Assembly (NCBI GenBank): GCA_000388065.2
Contig: KB932205.1
DNA from: Fonticula alba ATCC 38817
Lineage: Eukaryota > Protista > Nucleariida
Length of the DNA: 49,268 nt
Reading direction: 5' to 3' (one strand)
Positions 34,658 to 43,555 of this stretch are shown piece by piece; position 1 is the stretch's first letter; each line of letters opens with the position of its first letter. A program made the translations under genes and the position numbers. The notes beneath the pieces are model-generated. The model was given only the letters and a program-made list of their open reading frames with translations, was not told the origin of the DNA and did no database searches.

Positions 34658-35257
34658 ATGCTAGTCCGACATGCCCTCGGAGGCGCCACAGTTCAGTCGC
34701 TGGCGCGGCGGGCGCGATCTACTTCCACGGCGGCCGGCCCCCCTCGGCTGCCGGCCACCACGAGGATGACAGCGGCCGCGGCCACGGCCACGGCCGCCAC
34801 CATTGCTGCGGCCACGGCCACGGCCGCCATGAGCCCCGACAAAAACCCCGCCACCGGTGCTGCTCTTCGGTCGATCGCCCTTCGCGGGGCCCCCCGCAAG
34901 AATGGCCTCGGGCCGGGGCTCTTCTACTCGCTGATGATGGATCGGCGTCGGTGCGCCGAGATCGGCGAAGCCAGGCATCCGAGTGAGGCGGCCACCGCCA
35001 CGGCGGCGGGGCCCGTGCCTTCCGGGGCCGGCGCCGCAAGCATCCCTTCCGTGTCTGGGGTCGAGTGTTGCATGAGCGGCTGCGTCAATTGCGTGCTGAA
35101 CGACGTTTTCGAACAGGCGGCCGCGGCTGAGGAAAGGCCCGGCGCCGATGCAGGCCCCCCGGCCGCCAATGTCGACCCGTCGATCAGCGCCTTCCTGGCC
35201 TTGGAGAGGCGCCTCCGCGCCAAGGCCGCTGCCGATGCCGCTGGCGGCGGGAGCTAG
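34658..35257 (+). CDS. OXLD1: Oxidoreductase-like domain protein (OXLD1/Oxidored-like), probably mitochondrial (199 aa)
   Basis: Single-exon ORF with ECCMSGCVNCV and C-terminal VDPSISAFLALERRL. The Arg/Ser-rich, acid-free N-terminus (MLVRHALGGATVQSLARRARSTST) is typical of a presequence. Confidence 0.87.
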   Translation: MLVRHALGGATVQSLARRARSTSTAAGPPRLPATTRMTAAAATATAATIAAATATAAMSPDKNPATGAALRSIALRGAPRKNGLGPGLFYSLMMDRRRCAEIGEARHPSEAATATAAGPVPSGAGAASIPSVSGVECCMSGCVNCVLNDVFEQAAAAEERPGADAGPPAANVDPSISAFLALERRLRAKAAADAAGGGS

Positions 35258-35424
35258 AGATCGCACGGGGGGAGCGTCCATGCCCTCGCATGATCCGAGC
35301 CCCCAAATACACCCAATGACCTTGTGAGCACATGACCATTTATTTCGCATCGGGGCGGGGGGCGGTCTGCGCCGCGCCTGTCCCTGCGTCCTCCGATGGC
35401 TCTCTGTTTGCCCGCCCCCTCGTT

Positions 35425-35459
<35 letters not shown>

Positions 35460-35876
35460 CCTCTCTCCGCCCTCCGCCGCGTTCTGTATTTTTACGGGCC
35501 TCGGGCGTGTGCCCCTTTTTTTCCCTGTGGGACCCATGGGCCTCGGAGCGCCGCCGGACACTTCCCAGCGCTCAACCCCGCCGGGACGGAGGTGGCCCCG
35601 GGCGCGGGCTGGCTCATTTCCGATGGGCAGGACATTCTTCCCACAGTGGCTTACAGGGGAGCTATGCTCCTCGAACCCTGGAGTCCGCATTCCTCCTCGG
35701 CGCGCGCCGGTGATTAGGGTTCGTAAGGGGGCATTTCGTCCGTCCCCCTCCCCCCCGCCCCCGCCCCCCGGCACGCCTTGGTGGCACGGTCGCTGACTCC
35801 GCGGGTGTGGACCGAGGGCCCCGGGGCCCGGCCGAAGATCTTGTCCCGCGTCTGATGCTGTGGGGGGGGGCGGGCG

Positions 35877-35908
<32 letters not shown>

Positions 35909-37517
35909 CGGCACAAGAGCCGAGTGTGTCTATGTGCGTGCGCATGCCCGGCGGAGGGGCCGACGAGGCGGGGGGAGGCTGCAGAACCACACCCATCCGA
36001 GCTCGGCGCCGCGCGATAGGCCCCCTCTCTCTCTCCTCGCCCCCCTGTTTGGCTGTCCGCGAGAAGGCGTGTGTGTGTGTGGGGGGGGGGAGCCGGCCCG
36101 GGTGCGCCGCCCTCCCATAATGTCGGCTCGCCTGGGTCCGCCGCACGAATTGCCAACGGCCTGCTTCGCCGGCCCCGTCCTGCGGCCCCCCCCCCCCCCC
36201 CCCCCCCCCCCCGCCCCCAGGTGACAGTTGGGCGCGGGTCGTCCCTCATTCTCGGCTCCGGGGGCCTTTTGGTGCCCGGGCAGCCGCGAGACGCCGGGCC
36301 GGTGCCGCGGCAACGCCAGGTCGCTGGGCACGGGCACTCTCCCCCCGCGGCCCATTCCTGGCCCCCGGGCCTCTGCCGCTCCGAGCCCCCGGCGTGGGGG
36401 GGGGGGGGGGGCCTCCCCACCCCGTTGTTCAATACATGCAAGCGCAGACACGCACTTGCTTCTCCGGGCGCTAGAGACGCCCCCCCGGGTCCCGGCCCCA
36501 GCCCCAGCCCAAGAGGCGTGTTTCCTCCTATCGCATCATACCGTGTGCGCGCGCGCGTGCGGAAGGCGGCCATTTCCAAAGGGCGGGAGGGGGGCGCCGG
36601 CGGAGTCGCGGGCGGGGGAATGCACCAGCCCGCGAGCCTGCGTAAGTGCGTCGGTGCCCCGCCCCCACCCCTGGCCCGGGGGCGCGGGGCATGAACAATG
36701 TGCGGCGAATGATTCATCAGCCCCAATTGGCCACCCATCGCTGCGTCCTGTCAGAGGCAGCCCCACAAGCATGCGGGGTGTTTCCTACACGCGTGCGGCA
36801 TGAGCGAGGAGCACCCCGCATGCTTGCGAGCGCGAGCGCGCAAGCGCGGTGAGGGCGCGTAAACAAAAATGCCCCGGGCCGGGCCGGTAGCAAGCCGGGC
36901 CGGGACTCCGGCCGGAGGCATCATGCCCGGCCGGCCCCCGCTGGCGCCCCTTTCCAGGCCCGACGCGGCGCCCCGCGCACCCCGAGCTGGCTGGCCTCGC
37001 CAGTCCCTGCGGAGTGCCCCCCCCCCCCCGAGTCCGGGCGCCCATTCCTGTGCCGTACCCCCCTCGCACATTGGCCAGTGTCGGCCAGACGGCTGCCCCC
37101 CCGCCCCCGCCCCCGCCCCCCCCCCTGCCTCGGCCCGCATGCTTCCGCCGCCGCCGCCGCCGTTTCATGCCCCGGGGCCCGGCTCTGTGGCCGGACACCG
37201 CTGGCGTGGCCAGACCGACCTTGCAATCGGATTCTCCCCGATCTCCTTTTGAGAGGGAGCGCCTCCGTGGTTCGTCGCCCGGGGCGGCGACCGCCATCCC
37301 CGCTCCGTCCTCCTCCTCGCCGCGCCGCCCCCTCCTCCTCGCCGCGCCCCCGCTTCTCCTCCCCTCCCCCTGTCTGCTCCTCGCCCCTGCCCCGAGGGAG
37401 GCCGAACTTGAGGTCTCGCGCGCGCGCGCGATCGCTCCCCTCCTCCTTCCCCCCCCCCCACACGCACACATCCCTCCTCTCTCCCCCCCTCTCTTTCTTC
37501 CTCCCTCCTCCTTCACC

Positions 37518-38426
37518 ATGACGGACGTATATGCCCCACTTACGCACGCGTATGAGGCCTTCACGGCTGCGCCTCCTGGAGAGTGGTCCGTCCTCTGACT
37601 CGGTCCTGTCGCTGTCTCTTGCTGGCCACGCGCTCACCCCTCCCCCTTTGCCCCATTGGTTCCCCCCCCCCCCGCCAACATCGTTGTAGGTTCTCCGTCC
37701 GGATCGCCGGCAAGGCCGGGCCGCAGCTCGGCCATTCCGGGTCCGGCGGTTTGGACGGCCTCCTGCAGGTCCGCTCCTCGGCGGACTTGGTGTGCTTTTA
37801 CTTCCTGCTGCACCACCCGGCCGCCGCCCCTTCCGGGACCGAGGAGGAGCCCGGCAGCCAGCAGGTCCTCCTGCATGTTGTTGGACCGGATGCCCCACTG
37901 ACAGACCAGGCCCGCGGTCTGACCTTCCTTCGGCATGTCATGTCCACATTCAAAGTGCGCACCTTCCCCCCCTCCCCCCACCCCCCTTTCGACAGGCCCC
38001 TTCGGCCCGTCCCTCCTCATCCCTCCCCATCTCCCAGCACACTCACTCTCCGGCCCCCCTCTCTCCCTCCCTCTTCCCTGCCATCCTGCCCCCATTCGGG
38101 CATGGTGCGGTGCTTGTCCAACCAGGTGGACTACGTGATTCCGGTTTCCTCGCTGGCGCAGATCACCCCCGAGATGCTGGCCGAATCGTTGCGGGCACCC
38201 ACGGCATACTCCTCTTCCCCGGTGGCCGGCTCCTCACAGTCGCTGCTGACCACCGGTCTGCAGAAGACCCTTTCCCCGGCGGGCTACCGGTACAGCGCCT
38301 TCGCCACGCCGACCCTCTCCGGTGCGTCCGCACTGTCCCGCCTTCGGCCCTCGCCCCCTTGCCCCTCGCCCTCCCTCTCCCCAGTTGCGTGTCCCATCCT
38401 CCGGACTGACCCTCGGGCGTGCCTGT

Positions 38427-38457
<31 letters not shown>

Positions 38458-41400
38458 CTGCCGGGCGCTCAGTTTTCCCGACCGCATCGAGGTACACCCT
38501 CTCGTCCCTTCGTTCTGTCCCTTGTTGCCCCTTCTTTTCACTCACCACTGCACGCTTGGAACTCACGGCCACACCGCCTCGGACGATGCCAGCTCGAGCC
38601 CAGGCAACCTGTCTCCGCGGAGGACGGTCTTCTGCCCCTACTTTCCGGCCTACACGGCCATGCCGCGGAGCCACCCGGATACCGAGCCGCCCGGTGACAT
38701 GGCCGAGGAGCAACCCGCCCCGACGCACCGGCCCCGCAGCGGAGGCGTCCCCCTCCTGGGCAAGGCTGCGGCACAGAATGCGGCCGCGGCCGCGGTCGCC
38801 GCCACCGCCGCCACTGCCACCGCTGCGGCCCCGGTTGGTGTGTCGGTCAGCGATGGGCCGACTCTTCGCCGGAGCGCCTCCATCTCGTCCAGTGCCTCGC
38901 GTGCTTCGTCGGTCTTCTCCACGGCCTCCGTCAACTACTCCTTCACGCGTCGGGACTCTGCCACCTTCCAGCTGCTCTCCTCCACCACGGCCCCCTTCCA
39001 TCAGGGGGCCTCCCCCGGGGCGGACAAGGGTGCGGCGGCCGGGCCGGCGGCGGCCGAGTCGCACCGCGGCGCCGGGCTGCCCCCCCCACAAATGGTGTAT
39101 CACCGCCATATCCGCTCGCGCGAGGATGAGATCTCCCTCTTCCCTGGCGACCTGGTGATCCCGTTGAACGAGGCGCCGGACTCGTTGGGACGCGTCAAGG
39201 TACGAAAAGGCCCGGCGGGTGGCCACCTCATTCCCTCCTGATCGGCGCCCCTCCCTCCCGGTTGTTGCTTGTGACCATGCCTATCTGACGCCTGTGATCT
39301 CCCTTTTTGCCCGGCTCCGCTCTTCTCTCCGCCCCTCTCTCCGCCCCTCTCTCCGCCCCTGTCCGGCACAGGTGATGCACGAGTCGCGCGTTGGGTATAT
39401 CTCGCCAGGGACCCTGCGCGGCCCGTCGGCCATCGGGACGGCCGCGGCCGGTGCCGGCGCCTCGCCCGCGGCCGCGACCACTTCCGACGGGGCTTCCGGG
39501 TCCTCGGACGCCAAATCCACATCCGATTCCTTCTTGGAGTCCAACAATCCGGAGGTCGTGCCGTACTACGGCAGCCTGGCGGCCTACTTCGACTCGGACC
39601 TCTACCGGAGTGATGCTTGCAACTGGCTCCTCCGCCACAACCTGGCCTCGGCCGTGCGATCCTACAATGAGGGGCTGCCCATCGATGTGGCTTCCGAGCT
39701 GGACCGTCTGTCACAGCAGATGCCCAGCCTCATGTACCCGGCGGTCCAGCGCCTGGTCTACCTGAATACCTTCCTTCGGGTGCGCGCCTTCCTCGGGCAG
39801 CCGATCCACTCTTCGTCCGCGGACAATCCCTTCATCATCCCGCACACGGCCATCAGCACGGCCGGGCTTCTGGCCTCGGGCCAGGTCTCGGCTGCCAGCC
39901 CCATCGGCCCTGGGGGGGCCACCACGCCGACGCGCCTCCCGGCCCCGACAGGGTCCACTGTGCAGTATGTGCCTGGCGCGCTCCCTCCTCCGTCTGCTGA
40001 GGGGGCCTCTTTTCTCTCTCTCTCTCTCTCCCTCTGCCCTTTTTCCATTCAATCTGCTCCTTCATGTATTCTCACCTCCCGTGCTCCTTCCCCACACAGG
40101 ACCGCCAAGACCGTCCCCGGTGGCCCGCCCTCGTCAAGTTCAGTGGGTCGTGCGCCCAGCGGCCTGAACCTCCGGTCATTCTTCCGGCCAACGCGCCGCG
40201 ACGCCAACAGCAGCAGCTCCAGTGTGCCGCTCTTCGTCTCGGCGGACTTCTTCCAGCAGGTGGCCAAGCCGGTGCATGACGCCGAGTACGTCCTCCTCCC
40301 TGTTCCTCCGTCTATCTCCCTCCCTCTCTCTCTCTCTCTCTCTCTCTGTCTCCCTTCCGCGCCCCCTCCACCTCAGGTGCCGAGGCCCTCCGTCTGATCC
40401 CCCCCCCCCCCCCCCCGCCCGACCACAGCAAGTACATCAAGATCACATCCCCCTTCCTGCACCCGGCACTGGCCAGCGCCGAGGGTGCCGACCCGACCAC
40501 CGTCACCTCGTACCTCATCCATCCTGATGCGTACAAGCACTTGACCGAGATGCGCAAGACCGCCTTCGACGAATTCCTCTCGCTGACGACCGTCGGCAAG
40601 CGGTCGAATCTCATCCGTCTGCCCACCGGCTGGCAGTACCCTCACATCGACTACAGCAACGACCCGGATTACTTTTGCCTGCCCGGGACCGGTGGCAGTG
40701 GCGGCGGCGGCGGCGGCAGCGGCAGCATGCGGCTCCTGCCGGCCGGGCGCAAGGGCGGAGCCGAGCACCACCACCAGGCAGGGGGCGCCGGCGGGCCGCC
40801 CGAGGCGGCCGGTGGCCCCGGTGCCACCCCGACCAGCGTCCAGCTGGGCAGCTCTCTCCATGCGTGGGTTCTCTTCCTCGGGCACAAGCCCTTCGATTAT
40901 AGCTTCCCCCTGCCGATGGCCATCACGTCGATGATTTCGGAAATCCGCCGGCAGAATGGCCTCCAAACCGAGGGGCTCTTCCGAGTGCCGGGCAATGCCC
41001 GGCGCATCAGCCAGCTGAAGGAGGTCATCGAGAAGGACGGCCACATGAAGAACTATGTCCAGTCCAATCCCACGCTCGGCATCAGTGTCCACGATGTGGG
41101 TGGCCTGCTGAAGCTCTTCCTGCACAAGCTGGCCGACCCGCTCTTCACGAGCGCGCTGTACAAGAACTTCCCCGACGTCACAAGTGCGTCCTGCCGCCAA
41201 ACTTCTGCCCGTCCCCCCCCCCCCCCCTTCGCTGGCTGCTTTTCCTTTCCTCTTCTTCCCCATCGCCCTTCCCTGCCCTTGGCCGGGGAGGGCCCTTTCC
41301 TCGGTGTCTGGTGGCACAAGATGCGACAGTGCCGTCTTTTTTTTTTTTTTTTTTGTTGCCTGCAGCCCGCCCCTTCGCTGTGTTAACCAACCCCTCTGCC

Positions 41401-42263
41401 TGTCTCTCGCCCTCGCCCTCCTCGCTCCCGTGCCACCGCCGCCCCCTCGCCCTCTCTGCTTCCCTTCCGCCCACTGCAGAGATTAGCTCCGGCACCGCGG
41501 ACCAACTGCGCGCCTTGCGGCACCTGTGCTTCCTGCTGCCCGAGCGCAACCGCCTGGTGGCCCAGTATCTGCTGGAGTTCCTCCGGTCGGTGGCCCAGAA
41601 TTCCGCCGTCAACAAGATGGACGCTCGGAACTTGGCGGTCGTCTTCGCGCCATCCTGCTTCCGCCAGCCGGCCAGCGAGAAGACCGACCAGCAGGCGGCC
41701 AAGCTCATGAAGGAGAGCAACCGCGTCATTGTCAGCCAGTATGTCCTTCAGCTGCTGATCGAGAAGTATGAGGTGCGTGTTTGGATGTATTTATATTCGT
41801 GGTGTTTTGCCGTTGGCGGTTCTTGTTGCGCCTCTCTCGGGCGGGCGCATGCACATGCACATGCGCGCGCGCGCGCGCTCACGTGGCCTCGCCCTCCCTG
41901 CCACCGGCTCCTGCTTCCCGTTTGTTTGCCACTGACGCCCTTTTCATGCACACATGTGTGCCTGTCCGTCTGTCCGCCCGTGTGCGCGTATGTGCTCGTC
42001 GACAGGAGATCTTCATGTTCCCCGAGGTGGTGCTCGAGCGCCATCCGCTCTTCCAGTCCTTAGCCACCTCGTACAGCGAGTACTTCACCAGTGCGGAGTC
42101 CGCTGGTGGCGGTGGCGCCGGAGCATCTCCCTCTAAGCCGGGTGGCGGTGCGGCCGGGTTGGCCAAGCCCGGCGCCAGTCCGGTGCTCCAGGCAGCTGGT
42201 GAACAGCCAGCTGGCGATGCCGGTTACTCAGCTGGTGATGTGCCCACTGTGGAGGCTGTCTGA
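37518..42263 (+). CDS. Multidomain RhoGAP: coactosin/Abp1-type ADF-H, atypical SH3, DLC-type SAM, RhoGAP (1079 aa)
   Basis: join(37518..37585,37690..37954,38126..38321,38473..38491,38593..39199,39372..39964,40100..40285,40429..41183,41480..41772,42006..42263) = 3240 nt. RhoGAP with arginine finger EGLFRVPGN, HDVGGLLKLFLHKLADPL, LLPERNR..LLEFL..V.....VNKMDARNLAVVFAPS. The 19-nt exon 4 is the least certain. Confidence 0.9.
39325..39360. repeat. 12-bp tandem repeat x3 (CTCTCCGCCCCT) in a RhoGAP intron
   Basis: Three perfect copies shortly upstream of the acceptor at 39371. Confidence 0.9.
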
Positions 42264-43555
42264 GTGTGCTTCCGACGGCCGTGGGGGCGGGGGATGGGGG
42301 AAGGGCTAGGGCACGTCGTGGAGCAGGAGACGCGGTTGTCCGCCACAAAGGGGGAGGTGGCCACGAGCGAAGTCGTCCATGCAAATGGTGGCGAGGTAGG
42401 AGGAGGGGCCCTGAGCGGCGCCTCTTCTTCTTCTTCTTCTCCTTCTCCTTCCTCCCTTCCCCCCCCCCTTCTTCGCCTGACGGCGGAGCATGGGTTGCTG
42501 GCTTGTCTCAAGTCACCTTCTCGTCTCCTTCTCCCCCTCCCCCCTCCTGGTCCCTCGCCACGGGATGTGGTCCTCCCCCCTCCCGGCCCTTTCTGCACTC
42601 CTCTCCAGGCGCACCCTCGTGCGGGAAGCAATACACCCTCCATATTTCCCCTCTTTCCTCTTCCCCTTGCACAGGCGGGGCTCCTCCGATTGAGGACCGC
42701 CTACTGTGTGTTGCGCACACGCACACCTTCCGCCAGGTAGACCAACGACCAAGAGAGGGAGAGAGAGAGAGAGAGAGGGCACGATGCGAGAAGTGGGAAC
42801 GAGACGCGCCACAGGATGTATTTCGGTGTCTTCATGAAGGCCGAGACGCGGGACAAAGGGTGTCTATGCCCGCGTGCGCGTGTACAGACGCACGCGTCGC
42901 GGCAAGCCCCGGGCCAGAGACCACATGGCAGCAAGAATGGCAAAAGGAAGTGTGTGTGTGTGGGGGGGGGAGGGGAGGGGAGCTTGATTGTGCGCAGGGG
43001 GGTGTCTCAATGCGCACAGTCAGGCCCTTCCTTCAAGGAAAAGAGCAAACAAGGAGGGAGAGAGGGGGGGGAGGGAGGGAGGAGCGCATCACCACAAGGG
43101 CAAGGAAAAGGCGTGCAGGGGGGGGGGGGGGGGGGGGGAGGGGAGGGGGAAGCACGCACAGGAGCCAGGAGAAAAACTTAGGGATACCCATCTTGAGTTC
43201 AGCAACCCTGGAAGCTGGGTTCGGGACTGGGGGGGGGNNNNNNNNNNNNNNNNNNNNNNNNNNNNNNNNNNNNNNNNNNNNNNNNNNNNNNNNNNNNNNN
43301 NNNNNNNNNNNNNNNNNNNNNNNNNNNNNNNNNNNNNNNNNNNNNNNNNNNNNNNNNNNNNNNNNNNNNNNNCCCCCCCCCCCCAACAAGGTGTGCCCCA
43401 GCCAGCGGTTCATCCCACATGGGATCTCGCCCCCCTGGCTGGTCTTGTGCGCTGTTTGGGCGCGCCGCCCCCCGCCGCCACTTTGGTTCCGCAAATGAAG
43501 AACCCGTTTGCGTGCGGGAGTGGGGCCGGCGCCCGGGCCGTCGGTGCGTGCAGAC

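Noticed and set aside
35640-35725. tRNA/SINE-like hints (TGGCTTACAGG, GGTTCG, inverted repeat CGAACCCT/AGGGTTCG)
   Set aside because: Cannot be folded into a cloverleaf, the A/B box matches are poor, and there is no second copy in the window.
41476-41487. GCAGAGATTAGC resembling U6 snRNA ACAGAGAAGATTAGC
   Set aside because: It is a RhoGAP acceptor/exon junction; the rest of U6 is absent.
42306-43191. A complete XRN1/XRN2 gene
   Set aside because: Only the first ~10 residues match; there is no DNLYLDMN or other XRN motif and no room for the gene. Kept only as an orphan-exon finding.
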